The notes: generated by a model not told the origin, from the letters alone. A stretch of DNA of 64,000 nucleotides from Escherichia coli (GCF_013315695.1 NZ_CP054353.1), one strand, 5' to 3'. Positions 36,655-45,927 are shown, numbered from the stretch's first letter. Numbers and translations: made by a program.

Positions 36655-37188
36655 TTATCTGTCGATTCCCCAGCACGCCAGCGCGCTCTCCTGGTCACGA
36701 CGGGATACCTGACCATAACAGTTGTTTGAGCGGATACGGCAGTCTCTGCCACCGTCCTTAATCCACCAGCGAATCGCCTCACACGCTCCCCTGCGATCAC
36801 CTGCATTAATTCGTTTATAAAACGTCGACGGGAAACACTTACCGGGACCAATGTTGTACGGACAGAATGACGCGATCCCCGCTTTCTGGGGTTCACTCAA
36901 TGGCACTCTGATGTTTTTCTCCACCCATGCCAGCGCCTCATCACGCTCAATGGCGTTAACCCGGTCGCATTTTTCCTTCGACAACTTCATGCCCGGAACG
37001 ACAGGTTTGCCATCCACCAGGATGGCACCGCGGCAGATGGTCCAGATACCCGCACCATCACGGTATGCCGTGGTGTGGTTACCTTCCTTTTCATCCAGAA
37101 ACTGGTCGAGAATGTCAGGCGCAGGCGCACCAGCGGCAATCAGCGCCAGAACGGCAGCCGACAGGCCGTATCTGATTTTTGCGTTCAT
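36655..37188 (-). CDS. phage endolysin (GH24 lysozyme with N-terminal signal-anchor-release-like segment), RrrD-like
   Basis: 177-aa ORF MNAKIRYGLSAAVLALIAAGAPAPDILDQFLDEKEGNHTTAYRDGAGIWTICRG… closely resembles cryptic-prophage lysozyme RrrD. Confidence 0.9.
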   Translation of the reverse strand: MNAKIRYGLSAAVLALIAAGAPAPDILDQFLDEKEGNHTTAYRDGAGIWTICRGAILVDGKPVVPGMKLSKEKCDRVNAIERDEALAWVEKNIRVPLSEPQKAGIASFCPYNIGPGKCFPSTFYKRINAGDRRGACEAIRWWIKDGGRDCRIRSNNCYGQVSRRDQESALACWGIDR

Positions 37189-37293
37189 GGATATTTATCA
37201 GGATTTATCGGTTTCTGAGCCCTGGATATGTTTATCAGTTCCAGCCTGTTGCCTCAGGCTGCTAACAGGTCAATACAATCATGAGGATTATTT

Positions 37294-37566
37294 ATGGACA
37301 ATAACACCATTTCTCTACAGGAGTTGCTCGACAGCATTTCCAGGCTTCGGGAAGACGTGAATACCCTTACCGTCGCCTTCTCATATCTGGCATTCTCAAT
37401 TCCAAGGGAACAGATGCAATCAACGCTGGCATCAATCCAGTTTGAATCATGCAATCCCAAATGGTCTCAGGAACAACAAGACTCTTTCAGGCGGCTTGCT
37501 GTATTACTGGATGAAAAATATGCTGGTAAAATTACCATTTCGGCGGACTCTTCAGAGAACCCGTAA
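37294..37566 (+). CDS. hypothetical 90-aa protein, antisense-oriented inside lysis cassette
   Basis: ORF with strong SD (gaggatt, 6 nt before ATG); convergent with orf114, overlapping it by 35 nt. Confidence 0.45.
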   Translation: MDNNTISLQELLDSISRLREDVNTLTVAFSYLAFSIPREQMQSTLASIQFESCNPKWSQEQQDSFRRLAVLLDEKYAGKITISADSSENP

Positions 37567-37876
37567 TTATTCCCGGTAGTTTTCCTCTGTAGGTTATCAA
37601 CACATCCTGCGCCTCTAAAATTACGGGGCGCTTTTCCGGCGACTGCTCATCCCCTTCACATAACCCGGCAGCAACATCCAGGAAGACCTGTCTGATGCTC
37701 CTTCTGGCTGCTGCCTCATAAAACTCCAGCGCGGCACCTTCAACACGGTCCAGCGAGATGTCCAGGTCAAAAATTTCACCGTCAAAGCGTTTTTTGTCCC
37801 GTAACGCTAAAGTTACCGTAACTTTATTCTCAAAATTGCGGATCCCTTTCACAATCAGTTCATAGTTTTGAGTCAT
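37532..37876 (-). CDS. hypothetical 114-aa phage protein between holin and endolysin (position of ydfR-type genes)
   Basis: ORF immediately downstream of holin stop, co-directional with lysis genes. Confidence 0.55.
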   Translation of the reverse strand: MTQNYELIVKGIRNFENKVTVTLALRDKKRFDGEIFDLDISLDRVEGAALEFYEAAARRSIRQVFLDVAAGLCEGDEQSPEKRPVILEAQDVLITYRGKLPGIITGSLKSPPKW

Positions 37877-37880
37877 TGAA

Positions 37881-38096
37881 TTACTCTCCCCGTGCAGCCT
37901 TACGACGGTCCTCTCTGATTTTGAAATACAGGTTAGTCAGATATGTCAGCAGCCCAAACAGCAGACTCCCCAGCACGCCTATTGCCGCCCACTGAGACGG
38001 GGAAACCCTGTCCAGCAACTGCAGGAACCAGTAGCCCGTTCCCACCGCTGACGTGGTGTATGACACACCTGTTGTGATTTTTTCCATCTGGTACAT
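37881..38096 (-). CDS. phage 21-type pinholin S with dual-start motif
   Basis: [71 protein letters not shown] resembles S21 (MKSMDKISTG…); start set at dual-start Met within ORF 37881..38174. Confidence 0.85.
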   Translation of the reverse strand: MYQMEKITTGVSYTTSAVGTGYWFLQLLDRVSPSQWAAIGVLGSLLFGLLTYLTNLYFKIREDRRKAARGE

Positions 38097-38246
38097 ACCC
38101 CGTCTCCCGTTATCCGGAAGCTGACAACAATAAAAAAAGCCACCAGTTAAGTACTGATGGCTCTGATAACTCATGCAGGCATCTCAGACGACCCACTGAC
38201 ACTACCGGTGAGTTTAACGATACCTTCCATTTGGCTGGCTCACTTT

Positions 38247-40100
38247 TTATGATGATGCCGGTGCATTTATCTCCAGCACCAGACTTTCTATCTCAACGCC
38301 ATACGCTGCATTTTTGGTAATATCCGTCAGCGTCAGCGCATTCAGCCCCAGTGTCAGACTGTCTTTTATGACCTGGAATGCCGGGCCAGCCACTCCATTC
38401 AGTTTCGGAGTAACCGTGGCACTGCCGGCGGTGAACACCAGCTCCAGCGTCTGCCAGTCGTTACTGTAATTCCCGAACTCGCCCAACTTTGTGTTTCCTG
38501 CTTTCTTGTGATGCATCAGATTCAGTTTGCCGTCTGTGGTCTGGGTGAAGAACGACATCAGGAACGGGTTACCAGTCCCGGTCATCGCCACGACGTCAGG
38601 TAACGCTACATCGGTATACAGATAAATTCCCAGACCGAACTGGTTGTTGGTCAGTGCGCCTGACAGTCGAAACTTACAGCTCAGTCTGCCACCCCGTGTC
38701 AGCAGGGAGACTGCGTCATCCACCGGGCGCGTCAGGGACCAGGCTTTATTGCTCTGCTTGGTGATCTTAAATACACCATCTGACAACTGAATTCCGCCAT
38801 TCTTAATGCTCCAGCCCTGCGCAGCAGCGTCTCCGGCTGTCGGCAACAGGGAGATTGTGCGTATGGATGCATCTTCAGACGGCCCCGATGGCGTGTCGCC
38901 GCCGGGCGAGGGTTTGATTTCCGGTGCCTTACCACTAATGAAGGCTAAGGTGCGACCGGCTACGTTCAGAATAGCAGTTGCCATACGATCGGGAATAATG
39001 CCACGACGCGCCCATGAGCTGAAATGCGTCGGGCGATTTGATGATACCCAGTTTTTGTTCGTTCGGGATGCCGAACCGTAATAACCAGACCCGGCAATAT
39101 CAGGATCTTCTGACGGGTTGTTTGTCGGTGTATTAACTCCGCTACCATCGGTCATAAAGGGAACAAAATAAATCTGCTGGGATTCTTTACCTTTATATGC
39201 ACCATATACCACTTCATATTGCGTACCGTGTTCTTGTTTCCACGCGTATGTCGTGTCGCCACAAATCCAGGGGACTGATGCCGGACTTCCACCGTGACAC
39301 TGCGCCGCCAGCCCGGCAAGGTCAGCACGGAACTGCTGTACCATTGCAAGAAATGCTGCTGGCTGCTGGGCGTAACTGGCATTCGTCATATCGAATTCCC
39401 CCTGCATCCAGCATATCGCCAGCAAAACGTTTTTCGGGTTTTTCTGCAATGCTGCCTTCGTGCGGAAAAGCAGATCCTGATATAACGGCTTACCCACTCC
39501 CCAGCGAGCCGAATCCTGACTGGCTCCCGTGGACTCGCTGAATGTCCCCTCCGTGCCCTGGGTGAATGCCGAACCACCACGACAGCATGGTACCAGCAGG
39601 ATCCCCGCATTATTAGGGATATACGGAAGCAGTTTTTTGGCAATATGTAAGCCCTGTCCGACACAGCCGTACTGCCCTTTGCTCAGGTCAGCCCGGGGAT
39701 GGTTAATCGTACTCATATCCTGAACATCATGCAGACAATGGTCAGCAGGAATGATGTCGTTAAATACGCATACTTCACCACCGGGAGTCACTGTGTTACG
39801 ACGGGCCAGTTGCTTAATGCGCGGATGGGGCGCATCGTATGAATCCGGAAGCGGAAGCCCTTCACCGTAAGCCATGGCATTGGATTGCCCGGCCAGTACG
39901 ATGACGTAGTACCACTCCGGCTCAGTTGCACCACTGACGACCACATCACCTTCTGCTGCAATCGCCTGCATCAGGGTATAAGGGGTTATGGCCACCGGAC
40001 TACCAAACGGCTGCCAGCCCTCCTTCAGTTTTTGTGTCAGTCGTTTCGCAAGGTCTGACGGCGATGCCGCCCTGACCACGTCATAGTGTTTAAATGCCAT
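38247..40100 (-). CDS. prophage sialate O-acetylesterase NanS-p (N-terminal DUF1737-like, SASA/SGNH esterase domain)
   Basis: 617-aa ORF; N-terminus MAFKHYDVVRAASPSDLAKRL…; VIVLAGQSNAMAYGEG esterase motif; located between tRNAs and holin as in Stx-type phages. Confidence 0.8.
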   Translation of the reverse strand: MAFKHYDVVRAASPSDLAKRLTQKLKEGWQPFGSPVAITPYTLMQAIAAEGDVVVSGATEPEWYYVIVLAGQSNAMAYGEGLPLPDSYDAPHPRIKQLARRNTVTPGGEVCVFNDIIPADHCLHDVQDMSTINHPRADLSKGQYGCVGQGLHIAKKLLPYIPNNAGILLVPCCRGGSAFTQGTEGTFSESTGASQDSARWGVGKPLYQDLLFRTKAALQKNPKNVLLAICWMQGEFDMTNASYAQQPAAFLAMVQQFRADLAGLAAQCHGGSPASVPWICGDTTYAWKQEHGTQYEVVYGAYKGKESQQIYFVPFMTDGSGVNTPTNNPSEDPDIAGSGYYGSASRTNKNWVSSNRPTHFSSWARRGIIPDRMATAILNVAGRTLAFISGKAPEIKPSPGGDTPSGPSEDASIRTISLLPTAGDAAAQGWSIKNGGIQLSDGVFKITKQSNKAWSLTRPVDDAVSLLTRGGRLSCKFRLSGALTNNQFGLGIYLYTDVALPDVVAMTGTGNPFLMSFFTQTTDGKLNLMHHKKAGNTKLGEFGNYSNDWQTLELVFTAGSATVTPKLNGVAGPAFQVIKDSLTLGLNALTLTDITKNAAYGVEIESLVLEINAPASS

Positions 40101-40330
40101 GAATCCTCCCGGGCGGGATAATGTTGTGAGTCAGATAAGGAGCAGGCTGAAGTCCGGAAGTTACAGGACAATGGCAGAAGGGAGACTACAGCCCGCAATT
40201 CGAAAAAGACCGCGCAGTTGCGCAGAGTGATTACTATGGGGTATTATTCGCCAGCTGAAATATTACTTCACGTTTTATTGTTTATTCCTTGCCGCCCGCG
40301 TCTCCCAGCGCGGGCTTTTTTTGTCCATAA

Positions 40331-40568
40331 GAAAGCCCCTCCGGAGAGGGGCTAAAGCCGCGTATCTGTATCATCATGCACATGGTGCCGGGTGCCTCCC
40401 GGTGAGTTCAGCCCGGTGCCACTAAACCCGCGTCATTCTCGTTTTGATAATCAGAGATTATACCGTCACCAGTCGCCCCTCCGCTCAGGGGGATTCACCA
40501 TGCGAAATTTTTTTAACAAATGCCCAGTCTGACAGGCAACTGTCAACTTACTGAATTGTGAGCAACAT
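40331..40568. repeat. hairpin-rich noncoding repeat unit, copy A
   Basis: Shares blocks aaagcccctccggagaggggct, catggtgccgggtgcctcccggtga, cccctccgc.cagggggattcaccatgc, ttttaacaaa, ctgaattgtgag with copy B. Confidence 0.7.
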
Positions 40569-40815
40569 AGCATTTAACGGGGAACCTGTTTTCTGCAGTA
40601 AAAAGGCCCACCGGAGCGGATGGGCCTGGAAGGATAGCGGTCATGTGATGCCGGTTTCCCGGTAACTCAGCACCGGTATCTGAGTCAACGTTTTCTCTAC
40701 TGGGTCATTTCCGATACGCCCTGCCTGCTGACAGGCTTTCATCACATCTGAAAATATAGCACCCTGACTGATACTGTAGTACCTAAGGTTCCAGAAACTG
40801 TGATGTATCCGGCAC

Positions 40816-41036
40816 AGAAAAGCCCCTCCGGAGAGGGGCTGGAGAGTGGCGCTATGTGCCATTGCATGGTGCCGGGTGCCTCCCGGTGAATTCAGTACCA
40901 GCACCTGAATCCGCGATTATCCCATATACCTACTCGCTGATTGCCCCTCCGCACAGGGGGATTCACCATGCCAGTTTCTTTTAACAAACTCCCCGCAAAC
41001 CAGACAACAGTCAACCGCCTGAATTGTGAGACATTT
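40816..41036. repeat. hairpin-rich noncoding repeat unit, copy B
   Basis: Degenerate direct repeat of copy A (~485 bp period); a third partial copy of the ccgg-hairpin block lies at ~40690..40740. Confidence 0.7.
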
Positions 41037-41074
41037 AAAAAAAGCCCGCAAAAGCGAGCCAGGGAAAATAAGTG

Positions 41075-41151
41075 TGGCGCGTTGTACTGGATTCGAACCA
41101 GTGACCGATTGCTTAGAAGGCAATTGCTCTGTCCGGCTGAGCTAACAACGC
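41075..41151 (-). tRNA. tRNA-Arg (anticodon UCU)
   Basis: Manual fold: acceptor GCGTTGT/ACAACGC, D-arm GCTC..GAGC, anticodon stem ATTGC/GCAAT with loop CTTCTAA, T-arm ACTGG TTCGAAT CCAGT, CCA end. Confidence 0.9.
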
Positions 41152-41164
41152 AGGATACAGATAA

Positions 41165-41241
41165 TGGACCGCCTTCGGGGACCCGAACTCCGCGCAACCA
41201 GCTTCGAAAGCTGGCGCTCTTTCCTGATGAGCTAATGGCGG
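41165..41241 (-). tRNA. tRNA-Arg-like (anticodon UCG), possibly degenerate
   Basis: Perfect anticodon stem CCAGC/GCTGG with loop TTTCGAA, but one mismatch each in acceptor and T stems and T-loop TTCGGGT lacks the conserved A58. Confidence 0.5.
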
Positions 41242-41248
41242 TATGTGA

Positions 41249-41324
41249 TGGTGGCCCTTGCTGGATTTGAACCAGCGACCTGGCGATTATGAGTCGCTCG
41301 CTCTCACCACTGAGCTAAAGGGCC
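41249..41324 (-). tRNA. tRNA-Ile2/Met type (anticodon CAU), ileX/ileZ-like
   Basis: GGCCCTTTAGCTCAGTGGTGAGAGCGAGCGACTCATAATCGCCAGGTCGCTGGTTCAAATCCAGCAAGGGCCACCA; near-identical to remembered E. coli tRNA-Ile2 (k2CAU). Confidence 0.85.
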
Positions 41325-41373
41325 GGGAGCAGAATAATAATGGTGCGTAATTAATTCTGCAATCTCATCCGTT

Positions 41374-42423
41374 TCAAACGATTAAATCCTGAACTTCCCT
41401 GACTGTCTGCTCAAAACGTCCGGTCTCCAGTTCAACGCCAATCGCACGACGCCCAAGCGCCAGTGCCGCTTTTACCGTTGAACCTGAGCCCATAAAAAAA
41501 TCTGCAACCAGGTCACCCGGACGACTGCTTGCGCTGATTATCTGCTGCAGCATTTCTGCCGGTTTTTCGCACGGATGTTTCCCGGGATAGAACTGCACCG
41601 GTTTATGTGTCCACACATCCGTGTACGGCACCTGCGCCGTCACACCAAAATACCGCCGCAGATGCTTATATTCACTCTGCAGCTCCACATACTGCCGGTT
41701 CAGTGACGTATACGTATCCACCAGCTGGTGGTGGGGCTTTTCCAGTTCACCGCGCTGATGTTTCTCTTCTGCCACCCGGGCAAACAGCGACTGTAATTTC
41801 AGATAATCGCTTTCGTTCGGTAGCTGCCACTGACTGGCACTGAACCAGTGCGACACCATGTTTTTCTTTCCTGTGGCATCTGCAATCTGTTTTGCCGTTA
41901 TCCCCAGGGCAGCGCGCGCATCACGAAAGTAAGAAATCAGCGGGGCCATCACATGCTGTTTCAGTGCACTGCCCTTCGCCGCATACCCGGCATCTTTCGG
42001 ACGATACGGCCCCTGATAATGTTCCGCGAACAGAATGCGCTCTGTGGCGGGGAAATACGCCCGCAGGCTTTCCTTGTTGCATCCGTTCCAGCGTCCGGAC
42101 GGCTTCGCCCAGATAATATGGTTCAGCACACTGAAGCGTTCACGCATCATGATTTCGATATCAGATGCCAGGCGATGACCACAGAACAGGTAAAGACTTC
42201 CGACAGGTTTCAGCACCCGCCAGAACTGCGCCAGACACTGGTCCAGCCACTTCAGGTAATCATCGTCGCCCTTCCACTGGTTATCCCAGCCCTCAGGCTT
42301 CACTTTAAAGTACGGCGGGTCCGTGACTATCAGGTCAACAGAATTTTCGGGTAACGACCGGATAAATTCCAGGCAGTCGGCGTTGATTAACTCACAACTG
42401 GATATTTTTACAGTATTAAGCAT
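41374..42423 (-). CDS. orphan DNA methyltransferase (N6-adenine/N4-cytosine class, DPPY motif)
   Basis: 349-aa ORF with DPPY catalytic motif (LIVTDPPYF) and C-terminal AdoMet-binding FxGSGST motif; no adjacent restriction endonuclease gene. Confidence 0.8.
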   Translation of the reverse strand: MLNTVKISSCELINADCLEFIRSLPENSVDLIVTDPPYFKVKPEGWDNQWKGDDDYLKWLDQCLAQFWRVLKPVGSLYLFCGHRLASDIEIMMRERFSVLNHIIWAKPSGRWNGCNKESLRAYFPATERILFAEHYQGPYRPKDAGYAAKGSALKQHVMAPLISYFRDARAALGITAKQIADATGKKNMVSHWFSASQWQLPNESDYLKLQSLFARVAEEKHQRGELEKPHHQLVDTYTSLNRQYVELQSEYKHLRRYFGVTAQVPYTDVWTHKPVQFYPGKHPCEKPAEMLQQIISASSRPGDLVADFFMGSGSTVKAALALGRRAIGVELETGRFEQTVREVQDLIV

Positions 42424-42573
42424 GGATCATTAAGCCTGTCTCTGATAGGCTCATTCTGCTTTTGCGCAAAGCAGTGGGCCTGAGGTTTGCTTGTGAACCC
42501 AACGCATGAGCAGATGGCTGGTGGGTGCCCCTAACACCCACCAGCCGCCCATTTACCACAAATAAAAAAGCCT

Positions 42574-42858
42574 TCAGGACTGAAGGCGTCTGTAACAACC
42601 GAACTGATAGTCTGCCAGACCCGCCATAACCAGCTGGGTCAGTATTAACTGGCAGCGTTCGCGTGAAAGGTAAGTATTCTGCGCTATCTCCCCGACTGTC
42701 GCCGGTTCGGTAACGCTTAATTCATTAAACACCACTCTGGCGGTTTCTGTCATATCCTGCTGTTTTAGCATGTCTTTTTCCTTTTTCCGGTTAACGTGAC
42801 ATACCAATAACTCTTGTCGAAAAAGCCAGCAAGCTGAAAGACCCGTATTCGCAACCAC
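42574..42858 (-). CDS. hypothetical small phage protein (possible HTH)
   Basis: ORF between the Q-like gene/terminator and the methyltransferase; start may be an internal Met (MLKQQDMTETAR…). Confidence 0.4.
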   Translation of the reverse strand: MVANTGLSACWLFRQELLVCHVNRKKEKDMLKQQDMTETARVVFNELSVTEPATVGEIAQNTYLSRERCQLILTQLVMAGLADYQFGCYRRLQS

Positions 42859-42896
42859 CAGCGTGTTTACTGTACTGACGCGATTTTGGGCATAAA

Positions 42897-42930
42897 AAAA
42901 AACCGCCTGACGGCAGTTTTTTTTCTTACT
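42897..42930 (-). terminator. candidate tR'-like terminator downstream of Q-like gene
   Basis: A-run, short GC hairpin (ccgcctgacggcag), T-run; reads as terminator on both strands. Confidence 0.45.
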
Positions 42931-42985
42931 TTGCCATCGCGTACAAAATCGGCAAAATATCAGATTTATATGAAACGTACGCTAT

Positions 42986-43675
42986 TTAATTGACTTTTGC
43001 AATATCTCGTCGTGAAAAAGTCGCTTTTTGTTGCGCTCTTATTTTCACGGTGCAAATCACAGATTCTCTATCGAGACTCTTAAAAATATCGCACATCTCA
43101 CGCCAGTAGTTCGCATAATTATGGCTCCAGTTATCAGGCTTAACTCCACACAGTCTGGCAAGCTCCTGTCTCTGGTAGACCTCACACCCGGTAATCCATC
43201 CTCTGACATCCTGTGCCGCCAGCCAGATCAACTTCTTCACGCGCTCCTGCGTTTTCCCTGCAATTTTTCTGGTGCCGTACCGGGTTTTAAATTCATTCCA
43301 CACCCACTGCGTTATCGCGATCTGATATTCCCAACAAATACTCCCGCTGTAACACCACAACAACCAGGCTTTATGATGTTCTTCAAGAGACAGAACAGCC
43401 CGCCGCCACGATGATGTCGAAAACTCAACCGGACTGACGAGAGGAATTGACACCCCCTTCGCCAGCGATTGCTTTCCCGGGATTGGTGGATTATCCCGCG
43501 TTATCATTTTTCCAGTCACTTCATCGCGGTACCGGATTTTTTTACGCCTGTAACGCCCTGTATCAAACATGGCATTCTCCTGCCAGGCCTCAAGCTGCCC
43601 TTTTGTTGATCCACTCAAATCGGCGGTGGCAATCATGAGTTGCTCACGAACAAACTGTAAATACTGGTTATTCAT
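42986..43675 (-). CDS. putative late-gene antiterminator (Q-like), assigned by position
   Basis: 229-aa ORF immediately downstream of rusA and upstream of terminator and late genes; sequence itself not confidently recognised. Confidence 0.4.
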   Translation of the reverse strand: MNNQYLQFVREQLMIATADLSGSTKGQLEAWQENAMFDTGRYRRKKIRYRDEVTGKMITRDNPPIPGKQSLAKGVSIPLVSPVEFSTSSWRRAVLSLEEHHKAWLLWCYSGSICWEYQIAITQWVWNEFKTRYGTRKIAGKTQERVKKLIWLAAQDVRGWITGCEVYQRQELARLCGVKPDNWSHNYANYWREMCDIFKSLDRESVICTVKIRAQQKATFSRRDIAKVN

Positions 43676-44037
43676 GCGTACTCCAGTTCTGTGATTTTTA
43701 TCCCCAACCGCCCACCAGGAACAAGCTGACCGCGCACAATATTAATTTCATCAAACTGCTCGTCGTCTATGAGCAGCCCCGCATGCGTCAGTACATCCAG
43801 TGGTGCCTTCAGGATATTGTCCAGGTCACGACGGCGCTTATCCGGTGGCTCTGCAATAATTTCTATTGCCGGCCTTCCGGACAGGTTTAATTTCAGTTGC
43901 TGCTGGCGAACAATAAGCGCCACATCACGGCGATAACGCTCACCGACTTTTGATACAAAATATGTGCTGCCACGACGTCGCCAGTAAGTGTTCACCGTTG
44001 GCGGGTAAGGCAAAACAAATTCTATGCGTTCAGTCAT
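43672..44037 (-). CDS. rusA: Holliday-junction resolvase RusA
   Basis: 121-aa ORF with RusA motifs (LPYPPTVNTYW…, PDKRRRDLDNILKAPLDVLTHAGLLIDD). Confidence 0.85.
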   Translation of the reverse strand: MTERIEFVLPYPPTVNTYWRRRGSTYFVSKVGERYRRDVALIVRQQQLKLNLSGRPAIEIIAEPPDKRRRDLDNILKAPLDVLTHAGLLIDDEQFDEINIVRGQLVPGGRLGIKITELEYA

Positions 44038-45093
44038 TTATGCTTTCCACTTCAGAACACCCGAATTTCTCGCGTGCATTAAAAAACGAATCAGCAACAA
44101 CAGCTGGCTGCCGTGTTTTTCTTCAAAATCTTTTACCCCGGCGTGTAGTTCGCTATGGCATTTACGGCACAGCGGAATAACAAACAAATCATCAGCCTTT
44201 GTTCCCATCCCTCCCAGTCCATGACCAATGATGTGATGCGGATCATCTGCCTGATTGCCACACGTCATGCATTTCTGCGTTTTTACCCAACGCGTGTATA
44301 CAGGCATCTCTTCCCGTTGTGATTTCTGGCGCTGGAGATACTGAGCCGGTGACTCCGGATCAACGGCAATGCTGACCACCGTCTTTTCCTGTGGCGGGTT
44401 TTGCTGGTGGGCGTGAGGCAGCGGCGCAAGATTTTTTGTGCGCTGCTTCAGTATGCTGGTGGCGGTCTGCTCTCCCGGTACGATGTCGCTTTCACGGTAC
44501 ATTGAGCGGATTTTTTCCGCACGCAACCCCAGCGAACGACGTAATACCGCTTCCGGTAGCGCGTCCGCCACCTGATTGCGGACCGCCCACCAGGATAATT
44601 CAGCCAGCGATAATTCCCGTTCCTGCGAGCCATTCATTGCATGGCGTATGACGTCAATCATCCATGCAGACAGGTTTTGGTGAGCAAGTTGCCCGAGTGA
44701 TTCGGAGGTCTGGTCGCGCAGCTGGTTGTCGCAGTGCCAGCACAACACCATTGCGCCGGTACCATAACGGTGAATGACGGTTTCACTGTGGTGATAATCG
44801 CCGTGTGGCCACTGGCAGGATTTAACATGGCGCAGTAACCAGTCAGACAATGCGCCAGCGCCACCAGCAGCACGAATCACTCGTTCGTCGCTGAAAAATG
44901 GCAGTAATGATTTATCCTCCGCCAGCGGCTGGCGAACGGCAGGAACGACCCCGGACGGCAGATTACGCATGCTTTTCGGTTCCGGCTCCACCAGTACCCG
45001 GGTATTGTGGAATACCGGCATGGATTCACGGCCCGGCTTAACGATCACCAGCCCGAGTTCCGGTACCAGAACAGGTCGAAGTAATACCCGCAC
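44038..45093 (-). CDS. nin-region protein, DUF968-like with Cys/His-rich C-terminal region
   Basis: 351-aa ORF; C-terminus …CMTCGNQADDPHHIIGHGLGG…CRKCHSELH…; translationally coupled to upstream orf90. Confidence 0.45.
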   Translation of the reverse strand: MRVLLRPVLVPELGLVIVKPGRESMPVFHNTRVLVEPEPKSMRNLPSGVVPAVRQPLAEDKSLLPFFSDERVIRAAGGAGALSDWLLRHVKSCQWPHGDYHHSETVIHRYGTGAMVLCWHCDNQLRDQTSESLGQLAHQNLSAWMIDVIRHAMNGSQERELSLAELSWWAVRNQVADALPEAVLRRSLGLRAEKIRSMYRESDIVPGEQTATSILKQRTKNLAPLPHAHQQNPPQEKTVVSIAVDPESPAQYLQRQKSQREEMPVYTRWVKTQKCMTCGNQADDPHHIIGHGLGGMGTKADDLFVIPLCRKCHSELHAGVKDFEEKHGSQLLLLIRFLMHARNSGVLKWKA

Positions 45094-45094
45094 G

Positions 45095-45367
45095 TTACCT
45101 CCAGATGCGTTGCTGGAATGTGCGGGACGGACGCGGTGGGCGTTCAGAGTAAGGAAGCCTGACGGAGATTATCCAGTGACGATAATCGAGGCTGAGGGCT
45201 TTCTTAATCTCGTATCCGCGTCTGCGGTAGTTATGAATTAGCCATTCGGCCTGTTCTTCAGTACATGGTGGGTGTTGGTACCAGTCGGTTTTAAATGCGT
45301 GTGAACGCCGCCCATGCCGGATGGCAAGGTCGGTATCAGAATTGTGAAATTTGGTTTTGTGCGCCAT
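45095..45367 (-). CDS. hypothetical nin-region protein
   Basis: 90-aa ORF whose stop abuts the next start. Confidence 0.45.
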   Translation of the reverse strand: MAHKTKFHNSDTDLAIRHGRRSHAFKTDWYQHPPCTEEQAEWLIHNYRRRGYEIKKALSLDYRHWIISVRLPYSERPPRPSRTFQQRIWR

Positions 45368-45534
45368 CTGTTTTCTCTGCTGGCGCAGCAGGTGTCAGGT
45401 GTTCAGGCTGACGTGCGAATTGTAAACCAGAATGCCAGAAAAAAACAAAACCCGCCGAAGCGGGTTAAGTGCGGGTGCGTTGAGGATGCCTGACACATCA
45501 GAGGTGGCGAGGGATTTCTCCCCCGCCAGGTCTC

Positions 45535-45690
45535 TTACTCCTCAGGTTCGTAAGCTGTGAAGACAGCGACCTCCGTCTGGCCGGTTCGGAGTCGTACCTC
45601 GCAGAGGTCTTTCCTCGTTACCAGTGCCGTCACTATGACGGTTAAACAGATGACGATCAGGGCGATTAACATCGCCTTTTGCTGCTTCAT
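45535..45690 (-). CDS. hok: Hok/Gef-family type I toxin (HokD/RelF-like)
   Basis: MKQQKAMLIALIVICLTVIVTALVTRKDLCEVRLRTGQTEVAVFTAYEPEE, essentially the remembered HokD sequence; extended upstream frame (to 45747) corresponds to mok-like leader. Confidence 0.9.
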   Translation of the reverse strand: MKQQKAMLIALIVICLTVIVTALVTRKDLCEVRLRTGQTEVAVFTAYEPEE

Positions 45691-45927
45691 AGCCTGCTTC
45701 CCCTTGCCTTTCGGCACGTAAGAGGCTAACCTACATTTGTGAGACATAGATTGGGCCTCAGATTAATGTTAAGCGTCTTGCAGGACGCGAAATGTTAACT
45801 GGGGCTTTTCTCTATCTGCCTTTCAGTGTTCATGCCTGAGACAGATAGCCTCAAGCACCCGCAGCCATTCTACTTAACTCACGTCACCTCGCCAATATGA
45901 AATCAATCAGAAAGGTGATCCATAAAA

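Noticed and set aside
40101-41074. Search for stxA/stxB or any toxin ORF at the Stx-phage-equivalent position
   Set aside because: No ORF with a start codon, RBS and plausible length is present; only minus-strand ORFs of 87 to 101 aa that overlap the repeats and tRNAs. Reported as a noncoding repeat region instead.
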